This document shows positions 38,501 through 45,688 of a stretch of DNA of 64,000 nucleotides, in pieces. The notes beneath the pieces were generated by a model. That model saw only the letters and a program-made list of their open reading frames with translations. It was not told where the DNA came from and ran no database searches. Origin of the DNA: Eubacteriales bacterium. Its GTDB lineage: Bacteria; Bacillota; Clostridia; Oscillospirales; CAG-382. The position numbers were made by a program, and so were the translations under genes. Every line of letters starts with the position of its first letter. The first letter of the stretch is position 1. The stretch is from assembly GCA_045540015.1 (NCBI GenBank), contig JAZQGP010000049.1:21901-85900 (forward strand), written 5' to 3'.

Positions 38501-38937
38501 TCGTACTTGAGTGCACGAACGATCATTGTGTAAGCTTCCTGGAGTGTGATTGCACCCTTAGGATCGAAAGCTGTTGCGCTTCTACCTGTAACGATGCCCT
38601 GCTGAGCTGCCCAGCCGATAGCATAGTTGTAAGTAGGATCTGTGAGGTCCTTGAAGTTAGTAACGTTTCCGCCGTTTGCGGGAGCGTCCTTACCGCCCTT
38701 CATCAATCTGTAGATGAAGAGAGCGAACTGCTGGCGAGTAACGAGTTCGTCTGTTCCGAACTTTGTTTCGGAAACACCCTTCGCTACGCCCATGTAGTTG
38801 AGAAGACTAACAGCGTCTGCAAGATATTCGTTGTCAGCGCTTACGTCTTCGAATGCAGCAGATGTTGTGAAGCTCATTGCGCTTACAACCATCATCACTG
38901 CGAGAACGAGTGTAAGAAATTTCTTGAAATTTCTCAT
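35533..38937 (-). CDS. Large SLH-domain cell-surface (S-layer-like) protein, paralog 2
   Basis: The track ORF extends to 39159, but that extension lies in repeat DNA. I prefer ATG 38937, with AGGAGG at 38953-38948. It has the signal peptide MRNFKKFLTLVLAVMMVVSAMSFTTSA and SLH repeats (FEDVSADNEYLADAVSLLNYMGVAKGVSETKFGTDELVTRQQFALFIYRL). The length is 1134 aa. The codon-aligned antisense frame is open over essentially the whole gene. Confidence 0.85.
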   Translation of the reverse strand: MRNFKKFLTLVLAVMMVVSAMSFTTSAAFEDVSADNEYLADAVSLLNYMGVAKGVSETKFGTDELVTRQQFALFIYRLMKGGKDAPANGGNVTNFKDLTDPTYNYAIGWAAQQGIVTGRSATAFDPKGAITLQEAYTMIVRALKYEADGEKLQYPFGYIEVAEAEDVDLAEGLASTVDYTDALTRGDMAILLYNAFFAKMGVATIDYKEIVTENGAYLVEEETYPVLCEDVFGVKTVEYQVVATPHYQTTDTEATNDLGYDAVLLAVEEDENIDKSPVQVYLTPDDLGVDADKLDDLFLAHFELYVVHGDKAKAGDYYEIDKVLYANSAMTKKTVNDLKFATVTTNNANSYFDTTDAKILSGKVTTGTDVIYFYNAPYSYANPSYTSTNNPATMYTERNEENIGTVSFELVDEDKGIYEATVAEIAIESALDEDETDGLYVAEATKLVDDYTEAYYGGLYEADIYDVDGDGLYDYIDYKPYVLFQVDTDDEMEFVDNDFSTIASDIEAGKIPVIYTNEATLLGEKFENEDYVIGYYSQDNNVVKVATVLKPTTATIKSYKKAEKTITLSDNTTVALDGAWKYVANYAPRHYDDVEKVYVDDVQYDVEAYEGFDAFDALLDAEYINDEELNLYIYDGVVLHQEGAKSANLKFTDNLIIPTTYSKKNVTPRTVDEKFDTDLGEYVTRIYAWVDGDLKWVTIETEDVYPVIVANGDVTADYLDQLCTYTVDSDGVYTITSLENAEDEDKTGDEKYVGINWGYDENDVWTNLGATVLKDTEEDDLQYLGKVAGPVFLTKFAGTRFDLEGANLGYRFNFTDYTKIIIKNTKHKGTDDEKVEYIEYDATTFNTSSEVELYNVAYIVANDADSTTRENLVVLYAEAEDFDLKGASTSTGYRIIANSDVNIDENDYYRNYYTVYDPFTGKKAEVTGNDSASKATQLAAAKAVGSVVELKDGKVDEDEAVLDALDINSTDFLAEIDGGDAKAGTAWIVEYSESDKILMLAPVGGCWNDVEEGTIESYQVDNNTAVSMIKYPDNNNKDSFVQWGTMSLLTTADLASTSTDYKCYNTKVEDNKGNYKTGYAKYIKAYVVTENETNLEDGELNKVTMVVVLVHSNEAETYLTTHTAKLHEECSVQA

Positions 38938-39000
38938 GGTGGAATTCCTCCTGTTTAAAATATTTTTGTATGACAAAACACGAGGTTTTGTTACGCTATT

Positions 39001-39065
39001 ATAATAATCCAAGTCAATATTTTTTGCAATACCTTTTTTTAAACTGTAACACAACTGTAACACAA
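39001..39065 (-). promoter_or_regulatory. Promoter of SLH paralog 2 with upstream 11-bp GTTACAG repeats
   Basis: On the reverse strand: TTGCAA (39029-39024), 17 nt, TATTAT (39006-39001). Two perfect 11-bp direct repeats (plus-strand CTGTAACACAA at 39044-39054 and 39055-39065) lie just upstream. The layout matches paralog 1. Confidence 0.45.
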
Positions 39066-39230
39066 GCTTTTTGAAAAAAGCTTGGCAAAAACTTTTGAAC
39101 GGTGAAATTGAAGTCTGAACAACTTCAATTTCACATACCGCCTCATTGCCGCTTTGCATAAAGTTTAAACTACATCAATTTCACATATTGCCTCATTGCT
39201 GCTTTGCACAAGGTTCAGGCAACCTGTAAT
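39064..39230 (+). repeat. Bipartite hairpin-repeat element plus two ~40-bp direct sub-repeats
   Basis: AAGCTTTTT-GA-AAAAAGCTT (39064-39083), the linker GGCAAAAACTTTTGAACG, then the 13-bp-stem hairpin GTGAAATTGAAGT-CTGAACA-ACTTCAATTTCAC (39102-39134). After that, CAATTTCACATAYYGCCTCATTGCYGCTTTGCA occurs twice. Confidence 0.7.
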
Positions 39231-39424
39231 TCTATTATACACGCTTATTCCTTGTTAGCAATATATCAGCTGAAACTGTAATATTACTGTAACATACTCT
39301 TTCGATTATGCGCTTATATAATATAGGAAGAAAACCGAAATTTTTAATCTCAATTTTGCAGTTTATCCGGCTTTTAAATAAAAAATCGCGCCAACATAAA
39401 TGTCAGCGCAAATTTCATTTTAAA

Positions 39425-39778
39425 TTAAAGAGCTGCCTTTGCCTGCTCAACGAGCTTTGCAAATCCTGCTTTGTCAGCTACAGCTATTTCAGCAAGCATC
39501 TTTCTGTTGAGAGTAACGCCTGCCTTCTTAAGACCGTTCATGAATGTAGAATAGTTCATGCCGTTGTTCTTAGCTTCTGCAGAAATTCTGGTAATCCAGA
39601 GTTTTCTGAATTCTCTCTTCTTGAGCTTTCTGCCGGTGAATGCGTAGTTGCCGCTCTTCATTACAGCCTGCTTTGCCATCTTGAAGTGCTTGCTCTTTGC
39701 ACCCCAATAACCCTTAGCTGCCTTTAATACTTTATTGCGTCTCTTTCTTGTCATAAGAGCGCCCTTAACTCTTGCCAT
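39425..39778 (-). CDS. rplT: 50S ribosomal protein L20
   Basis: 117 aa: [42 protein letters not shown]..., a canonical L20. Confidence 0.97.
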   Translation of the reverse strand: MARVKGALMTRKRRNKVLKAAKGYWGAKSKHFKMAKQAVMKSGNYAFTGRKLKKREFRKLWITRISAEAKNNGMNYSTFMNGLKKAGVTLNRKMLAEIAVADKAGFAKLVEQAKAAL

Positions 39779-39857
39779 TTATGTCACTTTCCTTTCTTAG
39801 CAGCGGAAAACAGTTCCGCATCAATTCGTTTTGTTTTGTGAGCTTTTACTCTCGCGC

Positions 39858-40055
39858 TTACGCGTAAGGAATGAGTCTCTTTACGTTTGCTGCGAAAGAA
39901 TCGCTGAGCATTGCGCCGCCTCTGAGCTGACGCTTTCTCTTAGGAGTCTTGATGCCGAGCTTATGACGTCTGTATGACTGGTTATACTTAACCTTGCCGC
40001 TCTTAGTTACGCTAAAGCGCTTTGCTGTAGCCTTATGTGACTTCTGCTTTCCCAC
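39858..40055 (-). CDS. rpmI: 50S ribosomal protein L35
   Basis: 65 aa with a GTG start. The sequence is basic (KSHKATAKRFSVTKSGKVKYNQSYRRHKL). It lies between infC and rplT. Confidence 0.95.
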   Translation of the reverse strand: MGKQKSHKATAKRFSVTKSGKVKYNQSYRRHKLGIKTPKRKRQLRGGAMLSDSFAANVKRLIPYA

Positions 40056-40121
40056 TGTGAATACTTCCTTTCAATATAAAGTTGCAACATCTGCTGCACA
40101 GATTACGTTTTTTACCGCGGG

Positions 40122-40661
40122 TTACTTTTTAGATGTGTTTCCCGGAGCATTAAGCTTGGAATTAACGAACATAATCATCTGACGTCCGTCGAGCACCGGC
40201 TTCTTTTCGATAATGCCGATATCCGTAAGCGCGTCTCCGAATCTTGTTATAACATCAAGACCGATTGCCGTATGGCTCATTTCTCTGCCCTTGAACTTGA
40301 TACAAACCTTCACCTTTGCTCCGTCGTCAAGAAAACGGCGTGCATGCTTGAGCTTTGTTTCAAAGTCGTGTGTGTCGATTCTGCAGGAGAGCTGAACCTC
40401 CTTGATATCGATGGTCTGCTGTTTCTTTCTCTGTTCTTTTTCCTTCTTTTCTCTCTCGAAGCGATACTTTCCGTAGTCGAGAATACGGCATACGGGAGGC
40501 TCGGAATTGGGAGAGATTTCAACAAGGTCGAGTCCCTTATCGTAAGCGATGTTCAGTGCCGCAGAGGTCTGCATAACACCGAGCTGTTCGCCGCTATCGT
40601 CGATTACTCTTATTTCCTTTGCTCGGATTTCCTCGTTGATATTAAGCTCCTTGGTTGCTAT
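40122..40661 (-). CDS. infC: Translation initiation factor IF-3
   Basis: IF-3 sequence: INEEIRAKEIRVIDDSGEQLGV...KEVQLSCRIDTHDFETKLKHARRFL. The track start TTG 40676 lies inside the SD. I propose the in-frame ATA at 40661-40659, 8 nt after GGAGG (40674-40670). This fits the non-canonical start codons known for infC. Confidence 0.85.
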   Translation of the reverse strand: MATKELNINEEIRAKEIRVIDDSGEQLGVMQTSAALNIAYDKGLDLVEISPNSEPPVCRILDYGKYRFEREKKEKEQRKKQQTIDIKEVQLSCRIDTHDFETKLKHARRFLDDGAKVKVCIKFKGREMSHTAIGLDVITRFGDALTDIGIIEKKPVLDGRQMIMFVNSKLNAPGNTSKK

Positions 40662-40676
40662 AAATAACACCTCCAA

Positions 40677-40829
40677 ATAGATTTACCCTAAAGGTAACAA
40701 CAAAAAACGAGGGCAGTGACCCTCGCAAAACAACAACACCCCTAAAAACGGCATATGCCGCCCAAAGGTTTGTTATTAACCTTCCGCTATTCACGGTGGG
40801 TGAGATTGCTCTGCTTCTTTGTCTAAAGT
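40677..40829 (-). promoter_or_regulatory. Leader of infC-rpmI-rplT (L20-leader-type attenuator candidate)
   Basis: A leader of about 150 nt lies between the consensus promoter and the infC SD. It ends in GCGAGGG-TCACTG-CCCTCG followed by TTTTTTG (plus 40702-40726). The position matches the L20-responsive leader known in Firmicutes. I have not verified the L20-binding mimic. Confidence 0.55.
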
Positions 40830-40858
40830 ATAATAACACACATCAAAGTGTTTGTCAA
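40830..40858 (-). promoter_or_regulatory. Sigma-A promoter of the infC operon
   Basis: On the reverse strand: TTGACA (40858-40853), 17 nt, TATTAT (40835-40830). Confidence 0.65.
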
Positions 40859-40985
40859 GAGTTTTTTGAAAAGTTTTTTGAATTTAATCAAAAAAGTCTT
40901 CCCACTGCTCACTATATATAATATATGTAGGAAACATAAACGCGAGCTGCTCCGTTCATGCACAAAGCAGCTCATCAAAACAAAA

Positions 40986-41759
40986 TTACTTCTGATATTT
41001 TTTAAGGAAGTCAGCACTCATCTTTATGCTGTCAAAAGGACTTCCGGGACAAAAGTCCTGTTCAACAATATAATGCTTAACGCCAATCTTTTCAGCCGTT
41101 GCCATTATCTTGTCCCAGTTAAGGCTTCCGTTACCTACTTCAGTCATAAGAGGAACAACTCTGTCGCCTTCATATTTCATGGTAAGATCCTTGAGGTGGA
41201 GAATATCCAATCTGCCTTCAAGCTTTTCCATCCAGTCGATAACATCTCCGCCGCCTGCTGCAACCCAGCAAGTATCAAGAACAAAAGATGTTGTTGCAGG
41301 ATCGAGACCTTCGTAAAGCATATCCATCATGGTTTTGTTGTTTGCAAGACGAACAAATTCAAAGTTGTGGTTATGATATGTAAGCTTAAAGCCATGCTTT
41401 GCGTAAGCTTCAGCTGCCTTGTTAAAATCCGCGATAAATCCCTTGATTTTTTCCGGATCCGACTTCCCGGGAGCAAACCAACCACCGATACCGATGTTGG
41501 TTGTACCGAGCATTCTGTGGATTTCCATTGTTTCTTCGTAATCACCGAGAATCTTATCAAGGCTGTAATGAGTACCGATTACAGAAATACCGTGCTTGTT
41601 AAGAAGCTCTGCATATCTCTTATCAGCAACATTAAAAGATGCAGTATGTGCTTCTGTGTAGCCCATTTCCACAATCTTTCTGAATGCAACATCTGCAAAA
41701 TCAAGGTCTTTTATAAAATCTCTGATTGTATAAATCTGGAGTCCAAGTTTGTTAAACAC
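40986..41759 (-). CDS. Sugar phosphate isomerase/epimerase (xylose-isomerase-like TIM barrel)
   Basis: 257 aa with an AP_endonuc_2-like pattern (LGLQIYTIRD..., YHNHNFEF, ILHLKD, IVEQD). Confidence 0.8.
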   Translation of the reverse strand: MFNKLGLQIYTIRDFIKDLDFADVAFRKIVEMGYTEAHTASFNVADKRYAELLNKHGISVIGTHYSLDKILGDYEETMEIHRMLGTTNIGIGGWFAPGKSDPEKIKGFIADFNKAAEAYAKHGFKLTYHNHNFEFVRLANNKTMMDMLYEGLDPATTSFVLDTCWVAAGGGDVIDWMEKLEGRLDILHLKDLTMKYEGDRVVPLMTEVGNGSLNWDKIMATAEKIGVKHYIVEQDFCPGSPFDSIKMSADFLKKYQK

Positions 41760-41802
41760 AATAACTACCTCTCTGTTCCATAAAATTATTTTTCTGTGCC
41801 GT

Positions 41803-42534
41803 TTATCCTATTATACTTTCGGGTGATTGGTTCTCAAGCATAAGACGCGGATTGTCTTTAAGTCTTTCGGAAATTTCCGTTCCCAGCTTTTTTTCAATCA
41901 GCTCAAACGCCGCATCAAGATTCTGGCACCGCTTGTCACCGTGACAGTCGGAAGCAACAAAATCCACCATACCGTCTTGTATATGCCTCATTATTGCACG
42001 CTTTTTGAAAAATGTTCCTGCAAGAACAATCTCTGCATCTACCTGGAAAAGGCATCCCAAGGCACGAAGCTTTTCAAGATTTGAACTGTTTGAACACAGA
42101 TAACCGTATCTTTCTATATGCGCAATAACAGGACGTATATTATAATAGGAGGTAATCCTCTCTATCATATGATACGCGCTTTCAAAGTCCTTTTCGCTGT
42201 GCGGGATTTCAAGCAGCATGTAATTTGTTCCCTCGTAACACAACGCAGATATATCCGAAACGTTGAAAAGCACCTCAGTCATATGAACCTCGGCCGCCGA
42301 AACAATCTCAACACCGATCTGCCTTACCGCAAGCTCATCACGAAGCTCATTTACGCGTCTGTCTCTTCTGTCAACAAATTCCTCAATCGGCATATGCGAG
42401 GAATAGTAATGCGATGTCGCGGCAAATTTGCTTATTCCGCGCATGTAGCTTTCCCTAACAAGTTTTATGCTGTCCTCAAGAGTTTTCGGTCCGTCATCAA
42501 TGTTATAAAGAATATGGGAATGAATGTCAATCAT
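41803..42534 (-). CDS. PHP-family protein-tyrosine phosphatase (CpsB/YwqE type)
   Basis: 243 aa. MIDIHSHILYNIDDGP is the N-terminal metal-binding motif. HIERY and DCHG motifs are present. It overlaps the upstream kinase gene by 4 nt. Confidence 0.85.
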   Translation of the reverse strand: MIDIHSHILYNIDDGPKTLEDSIKLVRESYMRGISKFAATSHYYSSHMPIEEFVDRRDRRVNELRDELAVRQIGVEIVSAAEVHMTEVLFNVSDISALCYEGTNYMLLEIPHSEKDFESAYHMIERITSYYNIRPVIAHIERYGYLCSNSSNLEKLRALGCLFQVDAEIVLAGTFFKKRAIMRHIQDGMVDFVASDCHGDKRCQNLDAAFELIEKKLGTEISERLKDNPRLMLENQSPESIIG

Positions 42535-43313
42535 TTAACCATTGCATCCAATCCGCCGGGGCTTACGACACTGTCCTCACTCTTAGGTGACTTATACTTG
42601 TATCGATAGCTGTAGCTGTAATTCTTACCGTATCTTGACTTACTCTTATGAACCTTATTGAGGACAAAACCTAGAATATTTGCGTCTGCAAATTCCAAAG
42701 AGGCTACTGCACGCTTGAGGTCAGGATATCTTGTAACATTTTGTGCCGCAACAACCGCAACACCGTCAACAAGCTTTGAAACAGCAAGTGCGTCGGTTAC
42801 GATATTTACAGGCGGAGAATCTATGATTATAAAGTCGAAGCTGGTTCCAAGGTTCTCGATAAGCTGTGTCATGTTGTTGCTTGAAAGAAGCTCGGACGGG
42901 TTAGGCGGAAGAATGCCCGAGGTAATAACCCAGAGGTTTTCGGTTTTATCAATCTTCTGAATGCACTCGTCAAGCTTATTCATGCCGGAAAGCGTATTTG
43001 AAAGACCGACTCTGCTTTCTATGGAAAAATACTTATGTACGGTAGGCTTTCTCATGTCCGCGTCTATGAGAAGAACGCGCATATTTGCCTGAGCAAGAGT
43101 AATTGCGATGTTTATACAGGTTGTTGTCTTTCCGTCTCCGGGATTTGCACTTGTAAGAAGTATTTTTCTGCAGCCGTCCTCTTTGGCAGGAAGCGAAAAG
43201 AGGATGTTTGTTCTGAGAGATTTATACGACTCAACAAGACTGAAGGTCTGGTTTTCAAGAATAGTAATGCACTTTCTTGTACTTTGACTTGATTTTTTAT
43301 TACGAAACTTCAT
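42531..43313 (-). CDS. BY-kinase catalytic subunit (CpsD/YwqD type tyrosine kinase)
   Basis: 260 aa with Walker A SANPGDGKTT, Walker A' LLIDADMRKP and the C-terminal Tyr cluster YGKNYSYSYRYKYK. Confidence 0.85.
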   Translation of the reverse strand: MKFRNKKSSQSTRKCITILENQTFSLVESYKSLRTNILFSLPAKEDGCRKILLTSANPGDGKTTTCINIAITLAQANMRVLLIDADMRKPTVHKYFSIESRVGLSNTLSGMNKLDECIQKIDKTENLWVITSGILPPNPSELLSSNNMTQLIENLGTSFDFIIIDSPPVNIVTDALAVSKLVDGVAVVAAQNVTRYPDLKRAVASLEFADANILGFVLNKVHKSKSRYGKNYSYSYRYKYKSPKSEDSVVSPGGLDAMVK

Positions 43314-43347
43314 ATCAATACATTCCTTTCTGCTTTCTCATTCCAAC

Positions 43348-44166
43348 TCAAGGCTGCTTCTGGGTTTTATCCGAACTCGGATATGCAGAAGAGGATGTGC
43401 TGGTACAGTCGGGAATCGAACCGATAACGGGTATCGGGAATACCTGGAGAAGTTCCTTGTCATCCTTGATTCTGGTATCGTTTATATCAATAATAAACAC
43501 AACAACGAATGCAAGAATTGCTCCTATAACGATTCCGAGAAGTGTATTGACCACAACATTGTTGTTAATCGGAACTCCCGTTTCAAGCGCACCGTCGATA
43601 ACACTTATCTTACCTGCACCGGGGTTCTTTTCCTCAAGATAATCCTGCATTATAATTTCTATGTATTTTGCAATTACATATGCATCGTTTGAGCTGTTGC
43701 TTACAACATCAACCGAGAACGCCGCCGACTCTTCCTTGGTGGTAAAGGTTATCATTCTTTCAAGGCTCTTTGCATCATATTTGTTTTCTACGGTTCCCAC
43801 ACGCTTTAAAGCCGAAAGCTTTTCCGCACTGTCGCCGATATTAGAGCCGCCATTTACGTATACTTCAAGTGCATCGGCAAAATATCTTGTGTCAAGCACC
43901 TCGATATACTCTGTTACTACCATCTGAGCAAGAGCAATACTTCTCTGTTCATCAAGAAGCTGCTGTGAATGCTGTGTTGTCTGCTGTGCCGTAAGATTCT
44001 TTGTCTGAACAAGGAACTTTGATGTAGAACTGTATGCGGGAACAACACAAAACTTGCTGAAATAAAATGCAGCAATTCCCACAGTCGCCATACCGATAAC
44101 TATTACCCACAGCCATTTCATTGCCATGGCAAAAAGGTCAGCAAGTGTAAATTCTCTTTTTTCCAT
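43348..44166 (-). CDS. Wzz/CpsC/YwqC-type chain-length determinant / kinase activator
   Basis: 272 aa with TM helices at the N- and C-termini that flank an extracytoplasmic domain. It lies directly upstream of the BY-kinase. Confidence 0.8.
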   Translation of the reverse strand: MEKREFTLADLFAMAMKWLWVIVIGMATVGIAAFYFSKFCVVPAYSSTSKFLVQTKNLTAQQTTQHSQQLLDEQRSIALAQMVVTEYIEVLDTRYFADALEVYVNGGSNIGDSAEKLSALKRVGTVENKYDAKSLERMITFTTKEESAAFSVDVVSNSSNDAYVIAKYIEIIMQDYLEEKNPGAGKISVIDGALETGVPINNNVVVNTLLGIVIGAILAFVVVFIIDINDTRIKDDKELLQVFPIPVIGSIPDCTSTSSSAYPSSDKTQKQP

Positions 44167-44313
44167 TTCGTCACCTTACCGTTTCTAATATTTAATAAAC
44201 ACACGTCATCACAGACGTTTACAGTTAAGTATATCACATTTTGTTTTGCATTGCAATAGATTTTTTAACAAAAAAGCTCAAAAAAATGCATTAAAAGTAA
44301 ACCGTCTTATCCA

Positions 44314-44823
44314 TTAAACGCCATATTTGTAAAGAAGCTTCAAAATTTCACGTACATTTTCCTCTGTACCCTTTCCCTCACAATTTACGGTTACATCCGC
44401 ATTTTTCTCATAAAAAGGTACACGGTAAGCGTATATATCCGCAAGACTTTGATTTTTCTCTGCGGCTATTCCGCGTTTGTCTCTGTTTCTTACTCTTCTT
44501 TCAATATCTGCAAGAGGAAGCGCAAGATATACGCAAACCGAATTTTCGTGAAGATGCTTTGCAGATGCATCTCTGAGCACCGCACTGCCGCCGGTTGAGA
44601 CAACCATTCCCTTTGACATATCAAGCGAAAGCACCGCAAACTGTTCTTCGTCCAGCAATCCCTCAACGCCGCGTTTTTCAAGAGTCGATTGCAAAAGCTC
44701 GCCCGTTCTTTGCTGTATAACTATATCGGTATCAACAAAATCCATTCCAAGCTCTTTTGCAAGCAGTACACCGAGAGTACTTTTTCCACATCCCGGCATC
44801 CCTATAAGCACAATATTTTTCAT
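44314..44823 (-). CDS. aroK: Shikimate kinase
   Basis: 169 aa with the P-loop GMPGCGKST, followed by LGMDFVDTD and STGGSAV motifs. Confidence 0.9.
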   Translation of the reverse strand: MKNIVLIGMPGCGKSTLGVLLAKELGMDFVDTDIVIQQRTGELLQSTLEKRGVEGLLDEEQFAVLSLDMSKGMVVSTGGSAVLRDASAKHLHENSVCVYLALPLADIERRVRNRDKRGIAAEKNQSLADIYAYRVPFYEKNADVTVNCEGKGTEENVREILKLLYKYGV

Positions 44824-44827
44824 GGTC

Positions 44828-45685
44828 TTACTTTTCTTTCACATGATTTTTGGCACTTGTGAGAGTGTTTTTCATGAGCATGGTTATTGTCATGGGACCA
44901 ACGCCGCCGGGAACGGGAGTTATAAACGACGCCTTCTTTTCGCAGGAATCAAAATCCGCATCTCCGCAAAGCTTTCCGTTCTCGTCTCTGTCCATGCCGA
45001 CATCTATCACAACCGCACCGTCTTTTATCATGTCTCCCGTCAGGAATTTCGCCTTTCCGACAGCGACAACAACAATGTCCGCTCTCTTTGTAACCTCAGA
45101 AAGATTCTTTGTTCTCGAGTGGGATATCGTAACCGTTCCGTTTGCGTGAAGAAGGAGCATCGCCATGGGTTTTCCTACAATGTTGCTTCTTCCGATAACA
45201 ACGCACTCTTTTCCCGCAGGGTCAATGTCATACGCCTTCAAAAGCTCCATAACGCCTGCAGGCGTACAGGGCAGAAAGCTGTAATCCCCAATCATAATCT
45301 TTCCAACATTTATAGGATGAAAAGCATCAACGTCCTTGCGATAGTCAATGTTGTTGACAATAAGTGCTTCATCAAGATGCTTTGGAAGCGGCGACTGAAC
45401 AAGGATTCCGTGGATTTTTTCGTTTTGGTTAAGGCTGTGCACGAGAGAAAGAAGCTGTTCCTCGGTAGTGTCAGCAGGCAGCTCATGGATTTCAGAATAA
45501 AATCCGACCTGTTCGCACGCCTTTCCCTTATTTCTTACATATATCTGCGAAGCAGGATCCTCACCGACAATAATAACAGCAAGTCCCGGCTTTACGCCTG
45601 TTTCTTTTTCAAAAGCTTCTCTTTGTTCGGATATCTGCGCTCTTACGGCTTCAGATACCTTTTTTCCGTCTATAATCACTGCCAT
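44828..45685 (-). CDS. folD: Bifunctional methylenetetrahydrofolate dehydrogenase/cyclohydrolase
   Basis: 285 aa, canonical FolD ([66 protein letters not shown]). Confidence 0.95.
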   Translation of the reverse strand: MAVIIDGKKVSEAVRAQISEQREAFEKETGVKPGLAVIIVGEDPASQIYVRNKGKACEQVGFYSEIHELPADTTEEQLLSLVHSLNQNEKIHGILVQSPLPKHLDEALIVNNIDYRKDVDAFHPINVGKIMIGDYSFLPCTPAGVMELLKAYDIDPAGKECVVIGRSNIVGKPMAMLLLHANGTVTISHSRTKNLSEVTKRADIVVVAVGKAKFLTGDMIKDGAVVIDVGMDRDENGKLCGDADFDSCEKKASFITPVPGGVGPMTITMLMKNTLTSAKNHVKEK

Positions 45686-45688
45686 GAT

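Noticed and set aside
35557-38958. 1133-aa plus-strand ORF, the longest plus-strand ORF in the window
   Set aside because: It is exactly codon-aligned antisense to the SLH paralog 2 gene. It is extremely Cys-, Val- and Phe-rich with no RBS or recognisable domain. It is open only because the sense gene avoids TTA, CTA and TCA codons. It is a codon-bias artefact.
38938-39159. 74-codon N-terminal extension of SLH paralog 2 (track start 39159)
   Set aside because: The extension runs through the promoter and the hairpin-repeat element. The internal ATG at 38937 has a perfect AGGAGG, and its product begins with the same MRNFKKFLT signal peptide as the paralog.
40848-41783. 311-aa plus-strand ORF, and likewise the 344-aa ORF at 44822..45856
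   Set aside because: They are antisense to well-supported genes (the sugar-phosphate isomerase, and folD/aroK). They have low-complexity, Cys- and Phe-rich translations and no RBS.
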